From: Candidatus Altimarinota bacterium
GTDB taxonomy: Bacteria; Patescibacteriota; Gracilibacteria; CAIRYL01
Reading direction: 5' to 3'
DNA: 64,000 nt
NCBI GenBank assembly: GCA_965250085.1
Contig: OZ252287.1
Coordinates: 416,001 to 480,000, forward strand
This document shows positions 7,455 through 17,342 of this stretch, in pieces; positions within the stretch are counted from its first letter, which is position 1; every line of letters starts with the position of its first letter. A program made the position numbers and the translations under genes. The notes beneath the pieces were generated by a model. That model did not search any database. It was not told where the DNA came from and worked only from the letters and a program-made list of their open reading frames with translations.

Positions 7455-9923
7455 TTAGAGTTTTTCACCCGTCGTCCAGAAAACTCCATTCATCTCAAAT
7501 CCCACCATGATAGCATCAGAGCCATAGGTGTCGTCCGTGTCCGTCGGATCACGATAGAGCCGTAAAAAGATATTATCTCCTTCATATAACCCTGAAATAT
7601 CAATATCGGTGGTAAATTCAGAGAAAATAACTTCCGAGGCTGGACTACTACTCCCGGTGGCGGTCGTTTGAACCGTAACCGCATCAATACTCGTAATAAC
7701 ATCTCCCGTACTCCGAGCTCCTGGGTCTACATTGGTTCCGTCTGCTACCAGAACATTTCTTGCTCCAGCTTTTACATAATCAAGTTTCCATTCTACATTT
7801 CCAGTATTGCCATTCAGCTTTTTCCAGTAGATACGTACTCTCAGGCCATTGGAGGTATCTATTCCTTTTGGGATGGTTACTGATCCGGTAATTTCTTCTA
7901 ATGTTGAATTTCCATTGAATGCCGAACGAAAACGCTCATCACTCCAGGAGCCAGTGTTTCCGACCGTAAACGTCACATTATCCGGCGCATTGCTTCCCCG
8001 ACCATAAAAAATGGTTTCCGGACTTACCACAAATGTCTTCCGTTCCCGGGCTTTTCCATGAAAGGTAATGGTACCATCAGAATTTATTTCGGTTCGATTA
8101 CTATGCACTTTAAACTGCTCAAAAACTGGTGCCGTAGTAACAGCACTATCAATCCGTAAACGCACCCAATAACGATTAGTACCGGTACTCGGAGGGTCAT
8201 TTTGAACCCAGTTATCGCCTATTCTGTCTTCAAAGCGAACATGTTCATCTGTACTGGGGCGAAGGAAACAATCGCCGTTGTACGGATAAAACAGACTCGC
8301 GTGGGTACACATCACCGAAAACTCCGTCCACGCAGATCCGTTCCAGTACTCATACACAATTCCACCGGACCCCAGAGTCACTCCCGTGCCCCCCATCCTG
8401 AGTTTGTGTCCGTAAAACTTTACCAAATTACTAGCGATATCGGTTCGGTTTGTAGAAATATAAATAGCGTTATCGGCTGCCGTTCCCGGAAAAGTAAAGG
8501 TAGAACTCAAGGCGCTCGCCGCTGCGGTACTAACGTCGGCAAATGATCCTCCGGAGGTCTCAGTGTAGACGAGCATTCCATAAGTATAGCTATCTCCTTC
8601 TCCAAAAATGGATTCACTCGGTTTTTCAGGAGATCCCACGCTGAGTTCTCCAAAGACAGAGAAGGATTCCTCATTCTCGGTATCATCATTAAAATTGAGC
8701 AAAAATATGGATGAAGGATTGATATTCCATTTATCTTTATTCGCACGCCAACCGGAAAAGTAGATTTCGGCAGTAGCGGAATCAACTCGGATATCATAAG
8801 TGTCATTATTAATGACCAATCCTCCCGGTCCCTGTGCTACCGGACTCCCAGTTGGCCCCAAATAAATACCGGTGGTAGCATTTTGAACATTGATCTGCTG
8901 AATGTTAGCCACTGCACTGTCATTCACGTAGAGTGCCGTAGTTACATTAGTTGCGGTAATCATGGCTCCTGGAAAAGTCCCAATGGTTCCACTTCCGGTA
9001 ATCTCTATCCCCGTAGTTATGGTTCCTCCATTTATGGTAACGCCACTGAAAATCGTCTCTGCGCTGCTATTTACTGTTATGACTTTTCCAAACGTTCCTG
9101 TTTTAACCACTACTTCATCAGCCGTCAGGATAGTACTAGAACCTGTCACTTCTATGCCGGTATCACAGTTTTCCAGCGAAAGATTAAAAAGAGACGATTC
9201 ATCAGCCGTGTAGTAGCACGTTCCACTGGTAGCTCCTTTTAAGGTAAATCCCTCTACCATCGAATACAGCCCCGATGTAAAAATCGTATCCGTGGTATTG
9301 GCGGCTTCAATAATGGTGTTTTCAAGCCCTCCCGCGGCTTTCACTCCCACATAATCTGGGATGATCATAGCATTTTCTGTATATGTTCCAGGGTAAACCA
9401 GTACTTGGTAACGCTTGGAAGCACTTGCATCCGTGATGCTATCAAGAGCTGACTTGACCGATGTATAGTCTCCTCCGGATTTTGCTACGGTAATAGTCTG
9501 CGCGTAAGTAGTACCAGAACCATTTGCATCAATCTGTTCCCAAACTGTCCCATCGCAAATATAGGAATTGCTATCAGTAGTATTATGATAAATTTTCCCA
9601 ATCACCGTCCCGTCACAAGTAGGAGCTGAGATCAAATTTTCAATACGGGCACTCAGTAATTGATTATCACCAAAATTCACATCATCACTAAAGACAAAGT
9701 AATTATTCGTATCATCCCATAAAATAGACTCGTTTAAACTCTGTCCAAACTGAAGTTTGAGATCACCACTCGTGTCATCATTATCCAGAATAATAGTCCC
9801 AGAGTAGAGTTCTCTCACATCTCCTGAGTGAATAGCAATCTCTAGAGCCTGTGCACCAGAAAACATCCCTTCCAAAGAACATATGAGAATCGCCAGAAAT
9901 ATGCTTAAAAACTTGTGAAACAT
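7455..9923 (-). CDS. Secreted fibre/tailspike-like protein with pectin-lyase-like beta-helix
   Basis: Signal peptide; shared modules, then VAKSGGDYTSVKSALDSI...VYPGTYTE (start of a pectinesterase-like beta-helix) and beta-rich C-terminal domains. Confidence 0.75.
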   Translation of the reverse strand: MFHKFLSIFLAILICSLEGMFSGAQALEIAIHSGDVRELYSGTIILDNDDTSGDLKLQFGQSLNESILWDDTNNYFVFSDDVNFGDNQLLSARIENLISAPTCDGTVIGKIYHNTTDSNSYICDGTVWEQIDANGSGTTYAQTITVAKSGGDYTSVKSALDSITDASASKRYQVLVYPGTYTENAMIIPDYVGVKAAGGLENTIIEAANTTDTIFTSGLYSMVEGFTLKGATSGTCYYTADESSLFNLSLENCDTGIEVTGSSTILTADEVVVKTGTFGKVITVNSSAETIFSGVTINGGTITTGIEITGSGTIGTFPGAMITATNVTTALYVNDSAVANIQQINVQNATTGIYLGPTGSPVAQGPGGLVINNDTYDIRVDSATAEIYFSGWRANKDKWNINPSSIFLLNFNDDTENEESFSVFGELSVGSPEKPSESIFGEGDSYTYGMLVYTETSGGSFADVSTAAASALSSTFTFPGTAADNAIYISTNRTDIASNLVKFYGHKLRMGGTGVTLGSGGIVYEYWNGSAWTEFSVMCTHASLFYPYNGDCFLRPSTDEHVRFEDRIGDNWVQNDPPSTGTNRYWVRLRIDSAVTTAPVFEQFKVHSNRTEINSDGTITFHGKARERKTFVVSPETIFYGRGSNAPDNVTFTVGNTGSWSDERFRSAFNGNSTLEEITGSVTIPKGIDTSNGLRVRIYWKKLNGNTGNVEWKLDYVKAGARNVLVADGTNVDPGARSTGDVITSIDAVTVQTTATGSSSPASEVIFSEFTTDIDISGLYEGDNIFLRLYRDPTDTDDTYGSDAIMVGFEMNGVFWTTGEKL

Positions 9924-10057
9924 CAAAATAAAATCCTAGAGAAAAGTGCTGAAAAAGAATCCCTATATTGTATCATTTTCATCCCTAAAAACCAAGTACT
10001 TTACTAGTGCTTTAGCATATTTTTACTTTTTTACAATTTTTTTAAATTATACTTGTC

Positions 10058-10085
10058 AAAAGCCCCATCACTGAGATGAGGCTTT
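10058..10085 (-). terminator. Rho-independent terminator of the 10121-11827 gene
   Basis: Minus strand AAGCCTCATC-TCAGT-GATGGGGCTT followed by T residues. Confidence 0.65.
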
Positions 10086-10120
10086 ATGAGTTTTCCCAAA
10101 ATGAAATGTGTAATTCCTAA

Positions 10121-11827
10121 CTATTGAGTGCTATAACTGAGAACAAGTTCCCCGGCTCTCGCATCATCTCCATTCGTTGCATAGAGTTTGACGGTTACAT
10201 AGATGTATTCTCCCGCAGCAGGATCAAAGCCAGCTCCGTCAAATTCATCGGTATACTCCGTCCAAGAAGTATTCACCAGTCCTTGTCCATCAGTGGCAGT
10301 AAATGCATCATCGCCATCATCATCTTCCACGAGGATATCAAGCTGGTTATCTGCTGCCAGAGCGGTGTCAGTCTGATAGAAAAAGTTCAAATCATTCGTT
10401 GCACTCCAGTCCACAAAATCTTCTGGAAGACGTACTTTAAATTTGAGTTCAATATCCTGCTGATCAACTTTATTGGTGCGTCCGATATAATACTCATGTC
10501 CTCCGGCAGTGGTTTCCGCATCCGTATATACATTCATGCTATTACTGGTTCCATCCGCATTGACCGTCATGGTATTGATACGAACATGGAAAGACTGTTC
10601 ATCAGCAGGGAGTGCTACAAGAGCCTGATCTATGGCATCCAAAGAAGCGGTGAGAGCCTGTCCATCAGTAAGCACATTGTCGTCTGTATAGGTCCTGTCT
10701 CCAACAGCAGTATCAACTGCGTCCAAAGAAGAAGTAAAGCTCTCTCCATCCGTCACGACATTGTCGTTTGTATACGTCTGATTTCCAGACGCTACATTCA
10801 GGGCTTCGAGAGAAGCAGTAGTGGTTTGGTCATCTGTAAGCAGGAGAGAATCAGTATAGTCTTGATTTCCCAGTGCGGCATCCAGAGCATCTACTGATGC
10901 AGTGAGTGTTTCTCCATCTGTTACCACATTGTTATTGGTATACGTGGTATTCCCAATATCTCCCACAGACTGATCGAGGGCATCGATAGAAGCAGTGATA
11001 GACTCTCCATCTGTGACCACATTGTCATTTGTATAGGTTCGGTCTCCAAATGCAGTATCAACTGCTCCTAAATTTGTCTCAAGATCGGCAACAGTAGTAA
11101 TATTTCCCGCTGTTTCAACATCAATTTCCGAAGCATCATGCTTGTTTGCAGTGCCATCAAGATGGTCTGTCACAGTTGTATCAAGAGTAGAGATATCCAC
11201 TCCATCCACCGTACCACTTACGACGATGTTACCAGTGACATTGATGTCGTCAGAAAAATCAAACTCTCCATTGGTATTGTCCCAATTAATAGTTTCTCCA
11301 AGGGTTGTTCCAAATTGGAGAGAAACATCTCCACCAGTGTCATCCTGATCAAGGACAAAATTATTACTATCGGTTCCACCAATATTTGTTACGGTCGAAT
11401 CAATCCTCTGCCATGCAGTTCCATCACACACATATGAAAATGTATCTGTTGTGTTGTGATATTGTCGACCAGCGGATCCCGCATCACATGTTGGCGCTGA
11501 AGCAAGGTTTTCAATACGGGCTTCTAGGAGTTCATTTAAGTTGAGGTCGACATTCCCCTGAACATTCAGATCGTCCGTAAAAACAAACTCATTATTGGTG
11601 TCATCCCAATACAGTTCTTCGGAAAGTGTATTTCCAAATCGGAGAATGATGTCCTCACCACCAGTGTCATCAAAGTCCAGAATGAGCAGGTTTGCATTTT
11701 CTTCCTGCTGCTCATTGCTAAAGATCTGAATTTCAGCCGCAAAAGCGGGGAGTACTTGCAAGCATAGAAGCACAAAAGCTGTGAAAGCTCCTGCAATTTT
11801 CCGCAAGGTATATACATGTGTATTCAT
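10121..11827 (-). CDS. Secreted fibre-like protein with five 28-aa stalk repeats
   Basis: Signal peptide; two LDxDD..FG modules, APTCD module, GDRTYTNDNVVTDGESITASIDALDQSV-type repeats. Confidence 0.75.
   Translation of the reverse strand: MNTHVYTLRKIAGAFTAFVLLCLQVLPAFAAEIQIFSNEQQEENANLLILDFDDTGGEDIILRFGNTLSEELYWDDTNNEFVFTDDLNVQGNVDLNLNELLEARIENLASAPTCDAGSAGRQYHNTTDTFSYVCDGTAWQRIDSTVTNIGGTDSNNFVLDQDDTGGDVSLQFGTTLGETINWDNTNGEFDFSDDINVTGNIVVSGTVDGVDISTLDTTVTDHLDGTANKHDASEIDVETAGNITTVADLETNLGAVDTAFGDRTYTNDNVVTDGESITASIDALDQSVGDIGNTTYTNNNVVTDGETLTASVDALDAALGNQDYTDSLLLTDDQTTTASLEALNVASGNQTYTNDNVVTDGESFTSSLDAVDTAVGDRTYTDDNVLTDGQALTASLDAIDQALVALPADEQSFHVRINTMTVNADGTSNSMNVYTDAETTAGGHEYYIGRTNKVDQQDIELKFKVRLPEDFVDWSATNDLNFFYQTDTALAADNQLDILVEDDDGDDAFTATDGQGLVNTSWTEYTDEFDGAGFDPAAGEYIYVTVKLYATNGDDARAGELVLSYSTQ
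10619..11047 (-). repeat. Five tandem ~84-nt (28-aa) coding repeats
   Basis: GxxxYTxxNVxTDGxxxTASxDAxDxA repeated five times. Confidence 0.85.
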
Positions 11828-11915
11828 TTTGTAAGGAATAAAAGGAAACGAAAGGGATAAAAAATTGAAGAAAAATCAGATCATTATACAGGAATTTTTA
11901 ATAAAAATCAAATGT

Positions 11916-13337
11916 TTACTTTCCTATATAATTGAGTTGTGTTCTTCCCACTCGTATGACATTGCTCGAATGCGACTGCATTTTGAGCTGCAAGGTCAAA
12001 AATCCTCCTGGTGTAAACGTGGGAACCCCTCCAAAGGTAATCGCATACTCCGTCCATATACCTGCCAGAGCACTCGTAAGATCTGCTCCTCCCACAAGAG
12101 CAACCGCTGTGCCCACACTATCGTCTACAAAAACATCCACCTGATTCTCACTGCTGTCAGTGGTATCGGTGTAGACATATATCTGCAGTGGTGTTGCCTG
12201 AAAGGAAACAAAATCATCCGGAATGGGAACAATAATATGAAGATCCAGATCTTGCAGAGTAGCTTCTTGAGAAGTTAATGAATAGTATTGCTGATCACTA
12301 ACAGTATCAACCCCTTGATACAGACTTGCCCTATTGTCAGAACCATCCTGGTGCAGAGTAATGTTGTTATATTCTGGAGCCAGGAGAATGGTTTTATCTC
12401 TGTCCTTAAGAGAAGAGATATCAATATCCGTAATCGTATTATCATCACCATCTATCGTTTTGTTGGTCAGCGTCTGGGTATTATCTTCTCCCACCACTGT
12501 TGTATCCGCATCATCAAAACTCACCGTGATATCTCCCGTCAATCCCGTGGTATCGAGAGTGGCTCCATTGCCATCGTCATTGATTTCAAATGTATCGGCA
12601 TCCGTTCCCGTATCCGTATTTTGCGTATGCCCTCCGGGGAGACTGGTGATATCAACTCCATTGATCAGACCGGTCACCGTCAGATCTCCTGAAATGAGGA
12701 CGTCGTCATTAAACCGAAAATATCCTCCCGTGATGTCATATTCCAAAAATTTTCCCAGAGTATCTCCAAACTGAAGCTGGATAACATCCCCTGAACCAGC
12801 ACTATCATCCGCATCCAGAAGAAATGCATCCTGAGCAGTTTGATGCGCATCCTCTGCATGGATCGCATATGGGATCGATCCTATTGTTTTGCGATCGTCA
12901 GCATCTCCTCCGTCATCTCCAGTAGGATCCATCAATTGATAGTCTGTGTCTGCATCTCCCGAATTTTTTATCTCTACCTGCAAAAATTTGTGAATTGTAA
13001 AATCCACATTGGGCAAAGGCGTCACACTTCCCAGTTCTCTGGAAAACGTTCCGAGAGAAGTGGGGGTAAATGTATGCTCTTCCTGCCACCCGCTATAGCT
13101 GGGGGCAGTGATCTCAATCGCCCCTGCTCCGGTCAGATCTGCTCCTGTGAAATCCGAACTGCTCCAGAGAGAAAATCGAAACGTCATGGAACTGACGATA
13201 GGATCTCCAGCACTATCCAGGAGTCTTCCCTCATACAGGACCACATCTGGGATAGAGGCAAAAACAGCTCCAGAAGATGAGAGAAGCAAGGTGCAAGTGA
13301 GAGCAAACGTGCCGAGATATTTGGATATTTTTTGCAT
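11916..13337 (-). CDS. Secreted fibre-like protein with YEGRL...SIPYA N-terminal domain
   Basis: Signal peptide (MQKISKYLG...AVFA); N-domain homologous to that of 5389-7440, C-domain homologous to that of 10121-11827; TQTLTNKTID tail-fibre-type motif. Confidence 0.75.
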   Translation of the reverse strand: MQKISKYLGTFALTCTLLLSSSGAVFASIPDVVLYEGRLLDSAGDPIVSSMTFRFSLWSSSDFTGADLTGAGAIEITAPSYSGWQEEHTFTPTSLGTFSRELGSVTPLPNVDFTIHKFLQVEIKNSGDADTDYQLMDPTGDDGGDADDRKTIGSIPYAIHAEDAHQTAQDAFLLDADDSAGSGDVIQLQFGDTLGKFLEYDITGGYFRFNDDVLISGDLTVTGLINGVDITSLPGGHTQNTDTGTDADTFEINDDGNGATLDTTGLTGDITVSFDDADTTVVGEDNTQTLTNKTIDGDDNTITDIDISSLKDRDKTILLAPEYNNITLHQDGSDNRASLYQGVDTVSDQQYYSLTSQEATLQDLDLHIIVPIPDDFVSFQATPLQIYVYTDTTDSSENQVDVFVDDSVGTAVALVGGADLTSALAGIWTEYAITFGGVPTFTPGGFLTLQLKMQSHSSNVIRVGRTQLNYIGK

Positions 13338-13456
13338 ATATGTATTTCTTTCGAGAGTGTTCGAATCAGGTGAATATAGCCTATAATCTGAGCATTCTAT
13401 CATAAAAGTATATATTTTGACAATGGGAGTATTTCTTTCAAAATATTAAAGAAAAA

Positions 13457-14908
13457 TTAATTCTCTTCCTCTCTCTGTTCTCTTTTCCAAAAAAGAAAGA
13501 GAGGGAAACCCAAAAATACCAACCACAAAAAACAAGTTTTTTGTGGTGTGAGCTCAAAGAAATAGGTGGCATCCTTGGGCAGCAAGATGCCTGATACTTT
13601 TTCCCCTGCATGTATAAATTCTCGAAACTCTGAAAGATCTTCAGGAAGTATTTGAATAATATGTGCTTTGTGACGTCCCGGAGAAAGTTCACTTGGAATA
13701 TCTATTTCAAATCTTCCTTCATTATCAGCTTGGACCTCCTGCAAAAAGAGTTCACTACTTTCAAAATACGCAAAGATAAAAGCAAAAGGAATGCCCTCTC
13801 CCACAATCTTTTGATTTCTTTGTTTTCTCATTTTTCCGAGATCCACATCTGCTTCAAAATCAGTAGTGACATCCTGGTGCTCTGCAAAAGAAATAATTTG
13901 AAATGCATCATACTGCTCCCATCGGATAACAAATGAATATGTGCGAATGTGCTGTTTCTCATGTTCGTGTAATTGAGAAATAACTTCTTTTGAAATTACA
14001 AAAGAATACTCTCCATCTTCCAAATCTTCTGAATGTTCATAGGAAAATATTCCATCATTATTTGTATAAATATTTTGTTCAACTAAATGATTCTGTCGTC
14101 CATCATACACATCGATAACATACTCGGTATGAGGCTCTAATTTTCCTCCTACAAAAGGAGTTCTGTCGATCGCATAGATGACCTGTCCACGATAGTGGTG
14201 AGTCAAATGCAATTCATATTTTTCCAAATCAATGCTTTCCAGAGGACTTGGATGCAATGCTTCTTGGATAAAAGAGAGAGGATACTCCTCTTCTCGTTTA
14301 GGAAATGTGGCATCAGGAATATAAAAATCATTAATATACACATTCATGCCTCCTCCAAAAGACAGATCCGATTCTTGTGATGTTTCTGATGGTTCAGATG
14401 TTTCTGGTGATTCTTCAATTTGCTTTTCTTCCTGCCCTTGCTCTTCATCATCACAAGTACCAGCCAATGTGCACCGCACATGATGGTTACTCCCTCCACC
14501 TCCTCCTTCATTGGCGCAACTGGTTGTACTCATTGTGGTACACTCCACGCAAGTGAGGTTTCCCTCAGAAAATCCAAGATTTATACAACTTTGTCCCCCA
14601 AACTCCGTTCCATCACACATTTCACCATCTTCGATAATCCCATTACCACACACACTTATCTCTGGAATAAGATTGATTGTTTCTACAGTAAAATCACTCG
14701 AAAGTGATCCTGTCTCGATGGGAGTAATGCCTGCATGAATGTAAAAATCTGATGATTCATATTGCTGAGCACCAGTAGTGACCGTATCAAAATCCAGATC
14801 AAAATCGGCACTCGTACTGGCAAAAACACTGCTTATCACCAGCAGAAAAAAAGAAGAGAAAAAGATGCCGCAATGAAAAAGAATTTTTGTGTTTATTTTT
14901 ATGTACAA
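13457..14908 (-). CDS. Secreted, C-terminally membrane-anchored protein with Cys-rich repeat and Ig-like domains
   Basis: Signal peptide; CGNGIIEDGEMCDG (Myxococcus Cys-rich-repeat-like), poly-Gly linker, two Ig-like segments, C-terminal TM plus charged tail. Confidence 0.75.
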   Translation of the reverse strand: MYIKINTKILFHCGIFFSSFFLLVISSVFASTSADFDLDFDTVTTGAQQYESSDFYIHAGITPIETGSLSSDFTVETINLIPEISVCGNGIIEDGEMCDGTEFGGQSCINLGFSEGNLTCVECTTMSTTSCANEGGGGGSNHHVRCTLAGTCDDEEQGQEEKQIEESPETSEPSETSQESDLSFGGGMNVYINDFYIPDATFPKREEEYPLSFIQEALHPSPLESIDLEKYELHLTHHYRGQVIYAIDRTPFVGGKLEPHTEYVIDVYDGRQNHLVEQNIYTNNDGIFSYEHSEDLEDGEYSFVISKEVISQLHEHEKQHIRTYSFVIRWEQYDAFQIISFAEHQDVTTDFEADVDLGKMRKQRNQKIVGEGIPFAFIFAYFESSELFLQEVQADNEGRFEIDIPSELSPGRHKAHIIQILPEDLSEFREFIHAGEKVSGILLPKDATYFFELTPQKTCFLWLVFLGFPLFLFWKREQREEEN

Positions 14909-14973
14909 TAAATCCTTCCATTATACCGAAAAATGGCTTAAAAATCAAATTTTTCATGATTCTTTACTTTTTA

Positions 14974-16155
14974 TTAAGGCTGACTCATTCCCGGGAGATT
15001 TTTCCCTTCCAAAAATTCAAGCATAGCTCCCCCTCCAGTAGAAACATGCGTAAAATTATCTTCTTGCATGTGAAGCTTTGTAAGCGCCTTGATTGTATCT
15101 CCTCCACCAAGAAGTGTAACCGCATTTGCGGCTCGAATGGCATCAGCCACTCTTTTGGTTCCCTCCAAAAATGGAGTGTACTCAAAAAGTCCCATGGGTC
15201 CATTCCAAATAATCATTTTTGCCTCTAGGAGTATACTGGAGAATTTTTCTGCCGATACAGGTCCAATATCCAATATTTTTTCTGATGGCTGCACCTCTTT
15301 GATATTTTTATGAGTTATCAGAGCTTTTTCCGAAATCTCTTCTGCAACAACAATATCTTCAGGAATCAGAAGTTCTACATTTTTTTCTTGAGCTTCTTGT
15401 AATATTTGTCGAGCAGTCTCCATTTTATCTGCTTGATACAAGGATTTTCCTATTTCATATCCTTGGGCAGCCAAGAAAGTATTTGCCAGTCCCCCACCAA
15501 TCAAAATCTGATCCGCAATGTCAAAAAAATTCCGAATAACCCCTATTTTTGTATCAATTTTTGCTCCTCCCATGACGACAGTGAGTGGATGATCAGGGGA
15601 CTCCATAACTCTTCCAAGCATCTCTACTTCCTTGTCTATGAGAAACCCAATGTAAGACGGGAGAAATCGCATGATACCTTGAGTAGAAGCATGTGCCCTA
15701 TGGGCTGTTCCAAATGCTTCCTGCACAAACAAGTCCACATGAGTAGCAAGCTCTTTAGCAAAACCATAATCATTTTCTACTTCTTCTGGATGGAATCTCG
15801 TGTTTTCCAAAAGGAGTATTTCTCCTGAAAATAATTTTTCCTTCTTTGCATTCACCTTTTCTCCAATGGTTTCATTTGTTTTTTGAACCTTTTTTTGCAG
15901 TAATTTTGAGAGTTTTTTTGCTACCGGATCAAGTCTGAGCTCTTCTACCACCTGTCCTTTCGGTCTCCCGAGATGTGACATCAGTATCACCGCTGCTCCT
16001 CGATCAAGGAGGTATTGAATTGTTGGAATCACCTTTTGAATACGAGAATCCTCTGTGATCTCCCCATCCTGCATTGGCACATTCAGGTCCACTCGCATGA
16101 GTACCTTCTTATTTGAAAGTTCTGCTGGATCAAGATCAGAAAGCTTTGGAAGCAT
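14974..16155 (-). CDS. pgk: Phosphoglycerate kinase
   Basis: RVDLNVP, SHLGRPKG, LLENTRF, AFGTAHRAHAS, GGAK, HVSTGGGA. Confidence 0.98.
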   Translation of the reverse strand: MLPKLSDLDPAELSNKKVLMRVDLNVPMQDGEITEDSRIQKVIPTIQYLLDRGAAVILMSHLGRPKGQVVEELRLDPVAKKLSKLLQKKVQKTNETIGEKVNAKKEKLFSGEILLLENTRFHPEEVENDYGFAKELATHVDLFVQEAFGTAHRAHASTQGIMRFLPSYIGFLIDKEVEMLGRVMESPDHPLTVVMGGAKIDTKIGVIRNFFDIADQILIGGGLANTFLAAQGYEIGKSLYQADKMETARQILQEAQEKNVELLIPEDIVVAEEISEKALITHKNIKEVQPSEKILDIGPVSAEKFSSILLEAKMIIWNGPMGLFEYTPFLEGTKRVADAIRAANAVTLLGGGDTIKALTKLHMQEDNFTHVSTGGGAMLEFLEGKNLPGMSQP

Positions 16156-16214
16156 GTATACAAAAAAACCCTTTAGAGTATAGAGAGATTCGTGAGTAGG
16201 ATCAAAACAGAAAG

Positions 16215-16598
16215 CTAAGCAGGGTCTGCAACAGCTCTCATTCTCTTTCTTGAGTCACCTACCATTCCCATGACTTTTCCAAATGATCGCGTCAACTCCT
16301 GCATGGGCAAAGCGCCTGTAAGAAAATTATTAAAGTCCTTTATGTACGCAGGGTGAGTAAAGATTTGTTGTAATTTTTTTTCATCAAGCCCTATTGACGC
16401 TCCAGCAGAGAGATCTAAAGCAGGGAAATGCGATCCTAAGAAAAACTTAATCTGTCTTTCAACAAATTTTTCCATTTCTGGATCTTGCAAAAGAAGCTCT
16501 GCATTACTTCGGTCTACTACCTCTTGTGCAAGCTCAGTATAAATATTGCTCTGAGGATTTACCTCTGGGATTCGCGAGATTTCTGAAGGAAGAATCAT
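16215..16598 (-). CDS. Hypothetical protein
   Basis: 127-aa ORF; TTGACG-16-TAGCAT promoter-like sequence upstream; no recognised motif. Confidence 0.65.
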   Translation of the reverse strand: MILPSEISRIPEVNPQSNIYTELAQEVVDRSNAELLLQDPEMEKFVERQIKFFLGSHFPALDLSAGASIGLDEKKLQQIFTHPAYIKDFNNFLTGALPMQELTRSFGKVMGMVGDSRKRMRAVADPA

Positions 16599-16712
16599 AT
16601 ATTTATAAGGCTTGGACTCACCATGCTATCAAAATATTGACATACGTCAATGTAATATTGCATAAAAACTGTATTCACATAAAAACCTACCCCCAATAGA
16701 ATATGTTTTCTT

Positions 16713-16970
16713 TTATTTCTTTGAAGGAGGTCCCGATGTAATAAGATTTTCTTTCTTTTTCTTTGTCCAACTTTTAATTTGGCTCTCCCGTTTCATAGCC
16801 TCTGATCTATTCAGAAATTCTTCGAAATAAACAATTTTAACCGGTCTTCTTTGTCGAGTATATTTTGCTCCTTCTCCGGAATTATGCTTCTGTTCTCGGA
16901 CCGTAACATTTTTACAATATCCAGTATAAAGAGAATTATCTGCACAACGGGCTAAATAGGTAAAATACAT
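16713..16970 (-). CDS. GIY-YIG nuclease family protein (UPF0213/YazA-like)
   Basis: YFTYLARCADNSLYTGY...R...HNSGEGAKYTR..RPV...AMKRESQIK. Confidence 0.93.
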   Translation of the reverse strand: MYFTYLARCADNSLYTGYCKNVTVREQKHNSGEGAKYTRQRRPVKIVYFEEFLNRSEAMKRESQIKSWTKKKKENLITSGPPSKK

Positions 16971-17021
16971 AATCGAAAATATTAGAGTTTAGAGGGCTCT
17001 TCAGCTCAACACAAAATATCA

Positions 17022-17333
17022 ATGGGCTCAGTCCATGAACAAGAAACTGCTGTAAACAGTAACGAGTCGAATGGTGGGGGTTCACACGCGTACATTGAAC
17101 CAACTACACAAAGGGTTCAGGAGTACTTTTTGGAAAAACATGGTAGAAAGCCAACTTTGGAGGAAGTTATAAATTTTGAAGAACCTTTACAGGCACGAAT
17201 TGAACCTGAAGCCAAATGGGTTGAATTTGAGAAAAACTTAATTGAACTGGTGGATAGAGAATATTTTGTGTTTTGTCGATGGTGTGATGGGAATCGGGAG
17301 GCTGTGGAGGAATTGGTTGAAATAATGAAATGA
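17022..17333 (+). CDS. Hypothetical protein
   Basis: 103-aa ORF, no recognised motif. Confidence 0.5.
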   Translation: MGSVHEQETAVNSNESNGGGSHAYIEPTTQRVQEYFLEKHGRKPTLEEVINFEEPLQARIEPEAKWVEFEKNLIELVDREYFVFCRWCDGNREAVEELVEIMK

Positions 17334-17342
17334 ATTATTTTT

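Noticed and set aside
5389-13403. Prophage tail region
   Set aside because: All four proteins have signal peptides, and no capsid, terminase, tape-measure, lysis or integrase genes are nearby
17071-17102. attR copy of the tRNA-Val 3' end (AATGGTGGG...GAACC)
   Set aside because: Only about 9 bp match and the spacing to GAACC differs from the tRNA; too weak to call, though it may mark a degenerate island boundary
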